From assembly GCA_023334545.1 (NCBI GenBank), contig JAADVB010000009.1, forward strand, positions 62,001 through 126,000: a stretch of 64,000 bases of DNA, written 5' to 3'. This document shows, piece after piece, positions 45,328-56,355 of this stretch. A model generated the notes under the pieces. That model saw only the letters and a program-made list of their open reading frames with translations, was not told the origin of the DNA and ran no database searches. Numbering within the stretch: the stretch's first letter is position 1; each line of letters begins with the position of its first letter. The position numbers and the translations under genes were made by a program. This stretch comes from Salisapilia sapeloensis CBS 127946 (lineage: Eukaryota > Protista > Oomycota).

Positions 45328-47409
45328 TCAGTCAACTACCATAGCTATGCTTTCAATTTGGCGACGCAGGCGATTGATTTCAGCTTCAATATCCCGTCGC
45401 TTAGTCGTCGCAGCGACGGATTTCTGGTTGCGGTAATCCAGAAGCTGTTGTTGCTGGGTCAGGTCATAGATGCGCTTGTAAATTTTCGCGACATTCTCGG
45501 CTTCATCATTCGACATGGTCGCTGTGCATGCGCTGTTGGTGGAAGCTTTGCGGGACATCTGGGACTTCGAGCCGTAAAAGCTCGCATTTGCTTCATCAAC
45601 GCGCTTGCTGCGCTCCATGTCATCTGTAGAAACAAAAGAGACAGAGGCAAGAGACATCGTTTCACAATCATCAATGACGGACTGACTTTCCGGGTCGAAC
45701 AGTGTGTCAAAATCTGGCACCAAGTGCGAAACGGACATCATAGACGCATTGTCATCGAAGTCTTCTGCGCCAAGGGCGCCAATTGATAAGGTGCCGTTGC
45801 TTGAAAATTGACTTGATTGGAAGCTCGATTTCTGGATTGAGCTCTTTTGACTAGGACCGGCATGAATAGGGTCTGGTCGATACCACGACAGTTTAGAGTA
45901 GTTTTCAGGAGTTACATCGCTGATGCTATGCTTAAGTTGAGCCCCGATTGGCTTTGCACCGTGCTTTTTCGGATGCATTGGCGGAGCGGAAACTGTCGGA
46001 GTAAATGGGGACTTCTTCTGTGCAGATTTCTGCGCCTGTGAGGTTTTCTCCGTGTGCGCCTTAAGAATACTCATAGTTAATGGGTTTCCACCATCTGTGC
46101 TGGGCGACTTTGTGTTAGCGGTTGGAGGCCCTGCACTAGTGTCACTTGTTTTACTTCCACGCCTCGATCGAGAGACTGATCTACTATGATCCGATAGCTG
46201 GTCTCTCTTGATGTCTCCCGACTGCTTAGATTCTGACAAGCCCGCGTCAACTGTGTCATCACTATGGAGATATGAATGCCCTTGTTGATCTGAAAACGCA
46301 TTTAGTCCGTTTTCTTTTTCGTGAGAGTATGAAGAAGAGCTTGCTTCGTGCGAATCACTGTGTGAACTGCCTATTGCTGATCGAAGCACAACCGTTCCAG
46401 CATAGTGCTCATTTACGAGAGCTATGCAATGCGAGCAAACGCGTACCTTCAAGACCATCTTGTAGTCGGAAGGGATGCTCCATTTCTGACTGCATCGGCT
46501 ACAAGTAATCTCACCGCATTTTCGGCAGTTCTTCCTCTTTGTCAGGAAATTAAACTTGGCATCGCAAATTTTGCACTTGGATTGTGTTGCCTTAGGTACC
46601 ATTTCTAGATTTCCCATAAGCTTCGCTTCGCCGAGTCGATGCTGAGTGAGAATGTGGGCCATGTTGGATAAGTTCACGACTTGCTTAAAGTTTGATCCAG
46701 ACGGGTCCAACTGCTTCGAAAGGCTTTCATGCTTCTTAGCGGCACTCATGTACGTAACCTTTAGGAAGCCTTCGCGGCCCGTCTCGGATATGACGTAGCC
46801 AGTAGAAAACATCTCACTTCGAGTACAACCAAGCCAATCCTTAAACTCTGGAAAGCTCTTAAGTGCTATGGAATTGTAGACCTTGACCCAGCTTCGACGT
46901 CCACTGGCATCCGTTATAACTCTTTGTCCTTCGAGAACGACGTAATCGCGATATTTGTTCAGCTTGGAATTGGTGTCCAAGACAAGCCACTTGATTGTTA
47001 CTTGTTGATACGGCGTCTCAGTCTTCGGTTCCTCTATCGTGTGCAGGACGTGGTAATCAGCCATGGCAGGGTAATAAGCACGCTGACGCTTTGCCTTTAG
47101 TGTATTTGACGTGTCAAATACTGAGGCAATTTCTTCTAAAAGAGCTTCAATTGTCGAAACTCCGGCTGCGTAGTGGTCTTCGCTTATGAATGAGCCAGTC
47201 TTACTTTTTAGTGTGCCAACGTAGAGCTGCACGCTGTTAGAAACTCCAACAGGCTCCCAGCCTATGCGACTATCTGGTGCTCCATTCGCCATTTTAAGCA
47301 TTTGGTCAACGGCATCATGCGCTTTTTGTAAGTAGGCGTCCTTATCCGCCTTGGTGAGAGACGGAATCTTTTCAAAGTATTCATTATCCAGCGGGATCGA
47401 CGCTACCAT
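45328..47409 (-). CDS. START-like lipid-binding plus FYVE zinc-finger protein (paralog 1)
   Basis: PLDNEYF...L, QVTIKWLV, RDYVVLE, TGYVISET. FYVE: CKICDAKF..LTKRKNCRKCGEITCSRC...RVCSHC. Confidence 0.88.
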   Translation of the reverse strand: MVASIPLDNEYFEKIPSLTKADKDAYLQKAHDAVDQMLKMANGAPDSRIGWEPVGVSNSVQLYVGTLKSKTGSFISEDHYAAGVSTIEALLEEIASVFDTSNTLKAKRQRAYYPAMADYHVLHTIEEPKTETPYQQVTIKWLVLDTNSKLNKYRDYVVLEGQRVITDASGRRSWVKVYNSIALKSFPEFKDWLGCTRSEMFSTGYVISETGREGFLKVTYMSAAKKHESLSKQLDPSGSNFKQVVNLSNMAHILTQHRLGEAKLMGNLEMVPKATQSKCKICDAKFNFLTKRKNCRKCGEITCSRCSQKWSIPSDYKMVLKVRVCSHCIALVNEHYAGTVVLRSAIGSSHSDSHEASSSSYSHEKENGLNAFSDQQGHSYLHSDDTVDAGLSESKQSGDIKRDQLSDHSRSVSRSRRGSKTSDTSAGPPTANTKSPSTDGGNPLTMSILKAHTEKTSQAQKSAQKKSPFTPTVSAPPMHPKKHGAKPIGAQLKHSISDVTPENYSKLSWYRPDPIHAGPSQKSSIQKSSFQSSQFSSNGTLSIGALGAEDFDDNASMMSVSHLVPDFDTLFDPESQSVIDDCETMSLASVSFVSTDDMERSKRVDEANASFYGSKSQMSRKASTNSACTATMSNDEAENVAKIYKRIYDLTQQQQLLDYRNQKSVAATTKRRDIEAEINRLRRQIESIAMVVD

Positions 47410-47978
47410 TTCGTTTGAGCCTCAGAAGAATAAATTGGATAGTGGAAGAAGATCAATGGTTGACACAAATGACTGGTATACTCTGGTCCGAGCAACATGG
47501 TCAGAAATGGTGGGTTCCTCTCACCTGATGACACTGATCGCACATGCACATTCAACTGACCGTAGTTTAAAGCATATATGTAATCTATAATAATGTAAAG
47601 ACATATACTTTATTGACATACAACATTAAAATATAAAGCATAGAATGTATAAGAAGACCGAGGTACATCTAATCTGCATTGTACTTTCGAACATGCCTTA
47701 TCTTCTACCCCTTGACAGTATTAGTTTTGGCTAGAAACAGATCAGTATATGATGACACCTATACCATGTCGATTGAAAACTAGGTACGCCACAGTCTCGT
47801 GGTACTGATCTGGTCGGTATAAAAAATGGACCAGATTAGAGGAATGATGTTTTTGTAGACTTACTATGGTCTCTGCTTGTATTCTGACTGCTAGAGCGTT
47901 ACGTCTTCCTGGACAGACGAGCAAGTAGCTTCATCTCATTCCAAGTTTTTGGTCAAAAAGCACAAGCAGCTTCCTGCC

Positions 47979-49964
47979 ATGTCAATCCCACTACCTGAAG
48001 GCTATTTCAAACTCCCCCCACTTAAGCCGGAGCAAATTGAAGCTTTGTCGCGTCGTGCTCGCGAAAATGCCAACCAAGTGATCGACATGCTGCGCCTCCC
48101 AGATGGACCAATTGCATGGGAAGATGCTGGCGTCGAGGATAATGTTCAGCTATACAGTGGTCGTCATCGCGGCGGACCTGGTGTTCCATCCAAGGTTACC
48201 GAGGGACTCTATCGAATGGGTGCTACGACAATTGAAGCCCGCCTTGACGAAGTCGCGTCCATTTTTGACACATCGACTACACACAAGGGAAAAATCTATC
48301 GTGTGTATGATGATGTCATGGCTGATCATCATGTTCTACATACGCTCATTGAGCCTTCAGCAGAAAGACCACTGCATCAACGAACAGTTAAATGGCTCGT
48401 CATGCAACTCCCAAACAAGATGATTAAGCTCCGCGATGGTGTCGTCATTGAGTGTCAGGATACATTTACAGACCCAGCAACCGGTCATCGTGGATGGGTT
48501 AAAGCTTATACAAGCATCGATTTACCTGGCTTTCCAAACATGTATGAAAGGTTTGGCATCATTCGCGCCGACGCGTACCATACAGGCCACATGGCTATTG
48601 AGACCGACAAGCCTGGGCATCTAAAGTTCATGTATATGAGCCTCATCTACATGAATGGAAACCTGAATGGTTCATTTGATCCTGGACACCGCCACTTTGC
48701 TCGAGTGATTAATAATACTCAAATATCTAAAATGGTTACCATGAAACGGCTGAGTGAATGTCGCTTCCTTGATGACATGGAAGTCGTTTCCAAAGGCTCA
48801 CGCAGCCGATGTAAAGTTTGTGAAAGCAAATTTGGTTTAATGACCAAGAAGAACAACTGTCGCAAATGTGGTGAAGTGGTTTGTGATCGTTGCTGCAAGA
48901 AGTGGAAGCTACCTTCTCCCCGAGCACATTATATTCTTATGCGTATTTGTGCACATTGTGTCGCTGTTACCGGATCAGCCACCTACAAAAACTCCGACGC
49001 ATCTACTTCCCAATCTTATTCAAACTCACTAGAGAACACTGAAGTAAAGACGAGGACTTACTTGGATGCTGATGCAAAAAACCCAGTACAAAGTGTATCT
49101 CTCCATGAAAACGAAAGCAATCGTTCCGGATCGATGCACTCTTACGACTCAGCTAGTCGTATAAACACCAGACGCTCTGGTGATCGTGCTCCGGTGCATT
49201 ACAATTTGTATGTTAAAGGGGGCAATGCGTCTCCCCATGTTTCGCATGAATTCACGGCAAATCAGTACTCAAACGAGTATGAAGATGAAAATGTTCGGGC
49301 TCCTCCACCGCCACTTCCGTACGCTGCTGATTCTATGGGAGCTAACCGAATTTATCGTGGTGATTTGCCAAGACCCAATCGGCCCGCACCGGATACTGCA
49401 TCTGTGTCAAGTAGCTCGAGTGGTCAGCAATACAAGTATGGCCAATATGCCACGACGGAAGATGTGCAAAAGATTTACAGCGGAAACCACGACAATCCGA
49501 CGAAGTCAAGCGGAAGTACTGTGTTTTCGGACGACGCAAGCTCCCAACACAGTGGTGGAATGCACTACAACGGAGAGTCGAGCGGAAACCATGGCTATGG
49601 TAAATCCATGGCAAAGAACTCAATTGCTGAAAACGCAGAGTTGGACGGAATCCGAAGATCGATGGCTGGAATGGAGATGGACCATGTTATTAACGCGATG
49701 AGAAACTCCCTCCATGATTCAACCACTGGTCCAATTCCAAACTCCAACGCAGATCCGCAGGAGTACAATATGGTACAGTCCGATACTTCACGCACAGCTT
49801 CCGTTGTGCAACTGTATCAACAAATTGTTGAGCTGACCAACGAGCTGCATGAGTTGGATTTGGATCCGGAGAAGAACATGATTCGAAAAGTCGAAGTTGG
49901 GAAGGAAATGCAGAACTTGTATCGCCGATTAAACGCTTTGACGCAAGGTGTTCCAATTGTCTAG
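47979..49964 (+). CDS. START-like plus FYVE protein (paralog 2)
   Basis: ATG 47979 MSIPLPEGYF, QRTVKWLV, RDGVVIECQ, TGHMAIET. FYVE: CKVCESKFGLMTKKNNCRKCGEVVCDRC...RICAHC. Confidence 0.88.
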   Translation: MSIPLPEGYFKLPPLKPEQIEALSRRARENANQVIDMLRLPDGPIAWEDAGVEDNVQLYSGRHRGGPGVPSKVTEGLYRMGATTIEARLDEVASIFDTSTTHKGKIYRVYDDVMADHHVLHTLIEPSAERPLHQRTVKWLVMQLPNKMIKLRDGVVIECQDTFTDPATGHRGWVKAYTSIDLPGFPNMYERFGIIRADAYHTGHMAIETDKPGHLKFMYMSLIYMNGNLNGSFDPGHRHFARVINNTQISKMVTMKRLSECRFLDDMEVVSKGSRSRCKVCESKFGLMTKKNNCRKCGEVVCDRCCKKWKLPSPRAHYILMRICAHCVAVTGSATYKNSDASTSQSYSNSLENTEVKTRTYLDADAKNPVQSVSLHENESNRSGSMHSYDSASRINTRRSGDRAPVHYNLYVKGGNASPHVSHEFTANQYSNEYEDENVRAPPPPLPYAADSMGANRIYRGDLPRPNRPAPDTASVSSSSSGQQYKYGQYATTEDVQKIYSGNHDNPTKSSGSTVFSDDASSQHSGGMHYNGESSGNHGYGKSMAKNSIAENAELDGIRRSMAGMEMDHVINAMRNSLHDSTTGPIPNSNADPQEYNMVQSDTSRTASVVQLYQQIVELTNELHELDLDPEKNMIRKVEVGKEMQNLYRRLNALTQGVPIV

Positions 49965-50982
49965 ATGCAGTACGATGTACTTGAGACAAGCGTCCATTTT
50001 CAACACGGATCATTCCACATGCGTAGTGGTTGTGAGCTTTTTTCGTAAATATACATTTTGTTCTCCTGTACACTTATGGAGTTAGCGTCGTTGCATCATT
50101 AGTCATGTAGTGCATTAGTATTCTTCTAACATTGAATTAGAATGGTAATTTGCTTTCTAAACGACGATGCTGATGACCACCTTTATCACATTGTAGTGCA
50201 CGTACAGCCATTCCGAAACGTTATCGTAAATTATGTTTCAAAGACAGCAGCAATCAAGTTACCATTTCCTTCATCCTAAAACTTTTTAATATGCTTCTTG
50301 TATTTTAAATGGTACAGTCAGCGCGTTCGTGGTTAAGCATTGAGATAGATCTTTCGTCTTCTAAGTACTAATGTAGCCTCGATTTGTTTATTTTCTTTAG
50401 CCTCATGTAGCTCAAGTGGCGAGAGATCGTATTCTCAACATACTCGGAGACACGGAGGCGGAAACGCTGTCGATGAGACTTCCAGAAAAAACACTATAAA
50501 CGCCGCTTGTAAGCAAAGCGACGGGGGAAAGTAATATCGATGATGAGTCCCGAGTTGTTGGGTAGTAATAAAAAAATAAAAAAATAATCAAGTGCCAAGC
50601 GTACATCCTTCATCAGTAAATTCTTTGCGCAGCCATGGTAGTTAGAAGTTGATAAAGAAGAGATTCACCTGAAGTCCTTATATCAAACTACCGGGTTACA
50701 AGTGGAAAGGATAAAGACCATAAGTTACATCAACATCGACAAAGCTGATAGCTGACTTTGTCTATAGAAGATCTACGTTCATCTCCGTAGTTGTTCGAGG
50801 ACATGGATAAAGGCACGATACACACTCTGAACATACTCAACAACCAAAGTTTAATATTTCCCAAACTTACTCTACGCTTATAAACTATTTATTTTGTTCA
50901 TCCACGAAATTACCCACCAAGACCACTTTTATCGTTCATCACATAGTATTAAAATAGCTAAGCCTACTGAGCCCTGCTTCTA

Positions 50983-52866
50983 CTAGCCGTCTCCGATCAA
51001 CGACAAGTCGTGCTTCTTTTGAAGTTTCTCCAGCACTTTCATCCTGTTGTGTAATCCATAAAGCATAAAATCAATCTCTTCGTTTTGCTGCTCACTGCAG
51101 TCTTCATAGGAGTCCCATTCCCGCTTCTTCCGCGTAAGATACTTGATCTGTGTCCGTACTTCCTTTACCTCTGCTTCCAGAGCTTGTATATCATACTCTG
51201 TCGTCATGTGTAGGTCAGTCCTGTTCTGGCGAAAGTCAGATTTTCCAAGCTTATTCGTATCGCTCGAAGGAGCGTCTGATGCATGAGAATAGAAGTTGGA
51301 TGTCCGCTTAGATGCATGCTTCTTCCTCTTTGAGCTGGATTTATATGTCGGTTCACAAGCGATTTCGTCTTCATCTTGGAAGGAGAAAAATTTTACGGTC
51401 GCAAATTCATCAAAGTCAGGCGAGTCTGGCGCATGTTGACTTGATTGGCGTTTGTGTTTTACCTTATGCTGTCCTTGCTGTCTAGATGAAGGACTTTTAT
51501 CCATCGAAGGGTCTACTACGATCGTTTTCTCAAAGTCGCTGCATTCTTCTTCGTCTTGGGTAGTCGTACCGTTCACGAAGGACCACATCTCTCGATGGTT
51601 TTGAATGCTCGTGTTCATGGACGCGTTGCAGATTGCAAATGACGGAACGGATTCTGATGTATTGGTAGTGGAGGCATCACTAAGTTTGTGCTGAGTTCGC
51701 CCCCAAAACGGTTGATGCGAATCTTTTTTGCCACAGCCATGCTCGCTTCGAGTTTTCCTCATACTTTTCCATTTCTCTCCTCCCTTTTTCAAGATGCTAT
51801 GAATGTCATTCGGTTCAGAGCTTAGTGAATACTCATCATCCTTCCCTTCGTCCTCCGGTTCATGGACACAGTCGGAGCAGATCCGAAGTTTCCTGGAACC
51901 TGCAGACCCGACGGTAAAGGTATACTTGACCGCACAACTACGACACACGACTTCTCCACACTTGCGGCAATTCTCCTTACGGCTCATCGGATAGAATCTA
52001 GAGCCACAGCAAGAGCATGATGATCGTAGATTCTTTGACACGAGCTCAAGATCGCTCAATAGCGTTTGGTTCGACAATCGATATTGTGAAAGTTTCGATT
52101 GGAGATTCTTGAGGTTCAAAACACACTTGCGAATGAAAAGAGAATTAACGTAGGCTTTCGATCGACCTTTGAGCTCCAGTCGGAAGGACGAAGTGGCTGT
52201 CAATGTCCCAGGCAAGTCTGTTTCCATGATGACATATCCAGAAGTACTTGCGCTCCCACGGACATTATCGTTGTAGTCATGAGATGGAGGTTTAAAGTCG
52301 TACTCGTCGATCGTTCGGAAGGCTTTGACAAACCCTCGGAGGTTCGTATGAGGGTTTGTAAATAGACTCTGGTATTCTAGCGTAATAAATTCTCGGGGGC
52401 GACCAAACCTCGATGGTTCCCGGACGACTGTCCACTTGATGGTGACTTGGCGCTGGTCTGGGCGATTCTTTCGACCTGTGTCTGTGATGGAATAGAGTAC
52501 ATCTTGGTCGATGATAATGGCATCCTGTCGAGCGTACGCTTTCGCCTCCTCCGTGGTCGTCGTGGAAAAGTAATTGGCGACTTCCTCGATGGATGATTTG
52601 ATCCGTACCTTTCCACATATATGCTGCGTCCACGGGTTCGCGCCATTGCTGTTCGATTGTCCTAGGTACATTTCGACGTTCCCTTCTGTCCTTCCTTTGA
52701 TCCAGGTGACCGGTCCATCATCGACGACGAGCGCGCCAATAAGATCATTTGCAGTTACTTGTGCTTCATCCAGCAGCTCCTGCTCCTGTTGGGGATTTAG
52801 TCGAGGTCTCTCCTCGTGTGCATTTGGAGCACCTCGACCGTGTGCCATCTGTGCCTGTGACATCAA
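50983..52866 (-). CDS. START-like plus FYVE protein (paralog 3)
   Basis: QVTIKWTV, PREFITLEYQ, SGYVIMET. FYVE: CSCCGSRF..MSRKENCRKCGEVVCRSC...RICSDC. Confidence 0.85.
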   Translation of the reverse strand: MMSQAQMAHGRGAPNAHEERPRLNPQQEQELLDEAQVTANDLIGALVVDDGPVTWIKGRTEGNVEMYLGQSNSNGANPWTQHICGKVRIKSSIEEVANYFSTTTTEEAKAYARQDAIIIDQDVLYSITDTGRKNRPDQRQVTIKWTVVREPSRFGRPREFITLEYQSLFTNPHTNLRGFVKAFRTIDEYDFKPPSHDYNDNVRGSASTSGYVIMETDLPGTLTATSSFRLELKGRSKAYVNSLFIRKCVLNLKNLQSKLSQYRLSNQTLLSDLELVSKNLRSSCSCCGSRFYPMSRKENCRKCGEVVCRSCAVKYTFTVGSAGSRKLRICSDCVHEPEDEGKDDEYSLSSEPNDIHSILKKGGEKWKSMRKTRSEHGCGKKDSHQPFWGRTQHKLSDASTTNTSESVPSFAICNASMNTSIQNHREMWSFVNGTTTQDEEECSDFEKTIVVDPSMDKSPSSRQQGQHKVKHKRQSSQHAPDSPDFDEFATVKFFSFQDEDEIACEPTYKSSSKRKKHASKRTSNFYSHASDAPSSDTNKLGKSDFRQNRTDLHMTTEYDIQALEAEVKEVRTQIKYLTRKKREWDSYEDCSEQQNEEIDFMLYGLHNRMKVLEKLQKKHDLSLIGDG

Positions 52867-53325
52867 GCGGCCAAAGTTTTAATGTAGAGTCTCAACCCAA
52901 CCACGGATTTCGAACGAATGACAAGCTTCTAATAAACGAGGCTCTCGCTCTATCCGTCTAGCACCCTCAGCTCGATGTAAAGTTGCTAGGGACTTCGAAC
53001 CTACGTGGCTACAATAGCATCTGGTGGCTACCTATTCAACATATTTTCATACAAAGCAACCAAATGTCCCTTTCCACGTATGCACCCAACGCCAAAGTTT
53101 CAAGAATCACACTCCGGTTTTCCCCAATCGCATATGTGACTTGATTTCTCGCCATTAAGACCGCATATCTCGGTTTCGTCAGGATAACTGTCCAGATGGC
53201 TACTTTCTCAACTTCAAGCTGTAAAGGTACTATCCTGGTACACGAAGACAGGTCCACAGGAAGCTCATTTGGTACTGCCGATAGACTGGTTCTATCCTCG
53301 GTCATCGCTTAATTCTACCTCGAGA

Positions 53326-54582
53326 ATGCTGGAAACTTGGCAGATTCCAGTTTGGCCTGCAATTGCACTGCTTGTACTGTCCTACGTACTCTCTCATGTT
53401 GTCGCATGGTATCTGCAAGTCCGTCGAGAGCAACGGATTCAGCAGAAAACTGAAAAACTCGCCACAAAGTCGCACTCGTCGGACCTCGACGATGCTGCCA
53501 CGTCCTTGCCAAGTGTTCCTGTCACGATCTTAACTGGGTACTTAGGTGCTGGTAAAACGACATTGCTCAATCGAATCCTACTAGCTCCAAGTCTACCGTA
53601 CAAAGTCATGGTCCTTGAAAATGAAATTGGAGCCATCAGTATCGACCATTCTCTCCTCGAGTCTGGCATGGCATCCTTAGGTGACGATGGGATCTACGTC
53701 CTTGCCAATGGTTGCATGTGCTGTACGGCCAGTAGCACAGGTTCCAAGGGTAGTAACGAGCTCGAACGCATCCTCGACTACCTCCTTCGCATCAGTGCCG
53801 AGCAAGGGTTCGACTATCTGGTCATCGAGACAACCGGACTTGCGGATCCCGGTCCTATCATCGAGACGTTCCTAAGGCTCCGAGCCTCTCGCTTCCGACT
53901 AGACGGCATCGTCACCATGGTGGATGCAAATGCCGCACAGCGGTTCTGGGAAGAAGACATACAAGAGTACGCTTTTCCGATCGAATTGCAGCGTCAGCTC
54001 TTGTATGCAGATACGATCGCACTGAACAAGGTGGATATGGTGGGCAACGACACTCTCAAGTTGCGTCTCGAAAGCGCTATCACCGAAATGAATGAAGAAG
54101 CGACGTTGGAGCGATGTCAGCATGCGAATCTCGAGCTGTCCACGATTCTCGGCATGAATACATTCGACGAAGTACGCTTTCGTGGTACGAATAGTGTCGT
54201 AGATGTCGATACGACCACCGGTATGCATGCTGGTGACATCGGTACTCATCACTTTGAAGTGCATCAGAGCGTCGATTTACTTCGACTGGGCAAGTGGTTG
54301 TCGGATGTTGTGGACGAGTATGCCAAAGCTCATGTCTTTCGTGTGAAGGGGGTGGTGGCTGTGGAAGGTGAGCATCGTCGATGTGTCGTGCAGTGTGTAT
54401 TGGATACGTATACGATCGCTCCGTCGAGTCCGTGGAAACAAGATGAAGAGCGCGTTTCCAAGCTAGTTGTAATTGGGAAACAATTGAATCGGGCAGCACT
54501 GGAGGAAGGATTCTACTCTTGTCTTGTTGAAAGTGACGGCCCAGAGACGAAAGAAGGGAAAGAAGGCAAGAAAGATATGTGA
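53326..54582 (+). CDS. ZNG1: CobW/COG0523 (ZNG1/CBWD) zinc-chaperone GTPase with N-terminal TM helix
   Basis: VPVTILTGYLGAGKTTLLN, ENEIG, GCMCC, IETTGLADPGP, LDGIVTMVDA, QLLYAD..LNKVD; CobW_C region FRVKGV...LVVIGKQL. ATG 53326. Confidence 0.93.
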   Translation: MLETWQIPVWPAIALLVLSYVLSHVVAWYLQVRREQRIQQKTEKLATKSHSSDLDDAATSLPSVPVTILTGYLGAGKTTLLNRILLAPSLPYKVMVLENEIGAISIDHSLLESGMASLGDDGIYVLANGCMCCTASSTGSKGSNELERILDYLLRISAEQGFDYLVIETTGLADPGPIIETFLRLRASRFRLDGIVTMVDANAAQRFWEEDIQEYAFPIELQRQLLYADTIALNKVDMVGNDTLKLRLESAITEMNEEATLERCQHANLELSTILGMNTFDEVRFRGTNSVVDVDTTTGMHAGDIGTHHFEVHQSVDLLRLGKWLSDVVDEYAKAHVFRVKGVVAVEGEHRRCVVQCVLDTYTIAPSSPWKQDEERVSKLVVIGKQLNRAALEEGFYSCLVESDGPETKEGKEGKKDM

Positions 54583-55068
54583 GTAGGACACAGGAGCTGC
54601 TTTATCTATCCTATGTGACTGGTCTATCTACTTGTACGAGTGGATGTATCGACGTAATGAAAGTGGAAAGTTACCTTGGCAAAGCTAGTTATTTTTGCGT
54701 TGACTATTTATATGATCTTCTTTTCCATTTATCGTCCTTGTGCATCCGAATGGTGGTGCTTTAACCTACTTCAAATCTCACTGAAGTCTCTTCCTTTTGG
54801 ATGTACTAGCAGGTGCTCTTGGCTCTACCTAATTAAAAAGGGGGTAGCTGTACAGACGACAGGAGTCTACTTGAAATGCTAGCGAGTGGAAACATCGATA
54901 CAGGATATATGTAGGCTGCATAGATCGACTTATGAACTGTGGCAAGATATTGTTCGTCTGTACAGCACCTGCATCGACATGAAGAATATGATCAAAAGGA
55001 AGTGCGCATCATTGATGCTATGTTTGTATATCATCCAAGCCACTATATCCTCTTACTTGCTCGCGTCG

Positions 55069-56355
55069 TTATTTATCTCTAAACTCGACTTTGGACCATA
55101 GCTCGCTCAGTCGTTCCATTGCCTCCGTCTCGAGTAGAACAAGCACATCTACGCCATCCTGACCTTTTACGCCTTCCATAATAATGCTCATACCGTCCAG
55201 CACTGGCACTCTTGGTGTGCATCCGTACCACGGGTGAGCTCCAAAGTTAGCATCGTACGTCCCCATATTCACCCACGACGTGAACATGAGATCATGACCC
55301 AAAAAGAAGTCCATTCCAACCTGAATTTCCGTCACATCTTCCTGTGCACCAAGAAACTCGATTGCATCTCTCATGTACATATCATCACGCTGGAGAATGG
55401 ACTCTCGGATCCGACGAGCGATCGTAGCTATGCTCTCGATGCGCGTGTCCATTAACTCTTGACTTGAGTAAGTGGATAGCGCGTTAAAAATGACATTCCC
55501 TACGTATCCCTTTGGCAGCGGTGGATTCAGCCGAGTTCGTCCATTTACACCTGTAGTGATCTTAATATCATGCCCATGACCTCTCGCTTGTGTGATGAGG
55601 AGAGTAAAGAGAGCAGTGATGACGTCAATCGTGCTAACGTATCCTTCCGATACATGCTTGACAACGTTTGCCTTGAGGATTATCATATCAGTAGAAGACA
55701 AATGAAACAGCTTCTGTGTAGTGGAAGGAAGAGCAGTACTAGATGGATTAGAAGACTCGTTGGTCTTCTTGACTATTTTGAATTCCGGATGATCGAGCTG
55801 ATATGCTCCATTGGTTTGAGCGAAGAGAAGGCTTCGGTCATGAACAACCTGTGTGTGTGCTTCCTTCGGTACTTGGCGATAGAATTCTCCCCATTTTTTC
55901 ATAAAAGTAAAGAGCGCTTGACCGTCCATAAGTGTATGGCTCACGGAGATTCCGATGACCATCCCTTTGTCCCGTAGCGGCGTCATCTTGATCGAGATAA
56001 GGTACTTGCTTTCATCCAAATCGGACGCAAATGACGTATCCATCGAGTCTACGGCTTCCGAGGAGGTGGATTCGCTTTCTGGATCAAGTATGAATGGCAA
56101 ATCCTTTGCTCCAGTCTTTGCCTGCTCGGTCGTTTGCTGAACAACGTACGCTCGTCTGTCATGATCATAAGACAAAATGCCTAAGAATGTCGAGTAATCT
56201 TCATCAATGAGCTGAACGAAAGAGCTGCGTACGTGGGAGGCGTCATATTTCTCCCCATCTTGACGAGGAGGAAAAATGTAGAGGACTTTTAGGAAAAAGT
56301 TTGCCATGACAGCGTCCATCGGAGACAGTTTAACATCCTTGGTCAGCTCGTCCAT
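55069..56355 (-). CDS. BAHD-type acyltransferase (Transferase family), intronless
   Basis: HxxxD motif SHTLMDG, R.RL.PPLP.GYVGN, FTSW and the DFGWG-like DANFGAHP. Confidence 0.85.
   Translation of the reverse strand: MDELTKDVKLSPMDAVMANFFLKVLYIFPPRQDGEKYDASHVRSSFVQLIDEDYSTFLGILSYDHDRRAYVVQQTTEQAKTGAKDLPFILDPESESTSSEAVDSMDTSFASDLDESKYLISIKMTPLRDKGMVIGISVSHTLMDGQALFTFMKKWGEFYRQVPKEAHTQVVHDRSLLFAQTNGAYQLDHPEFKIVKKTNESSNPSSTALPSTTQKLFHLSSTDMIILKANVVKHVSEGYVSTIDVITALFTLLITQARGHGHDIKITTGVNGRTRLNPPLPKGYVGNVIFNALSTYSSQELMDTRIESIATIARRIRESILQRDDMYMRDAIEFLGAQEDVTEIQVGMDFFLGHDLMFTSWVNMGTYDANFGAHPWYGCTPRVPVLDGMSIIMEGVKGQDGVDVLVLLETEAMERLSELWSKVEFRDK

Noticed and set aside
50000-50980. Possible DDE transposase remnant between the convergent START-FYVE genes
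   Set aside because: Only vague 3-4 residue resemblances; no terminal repeats or catalytic triad.
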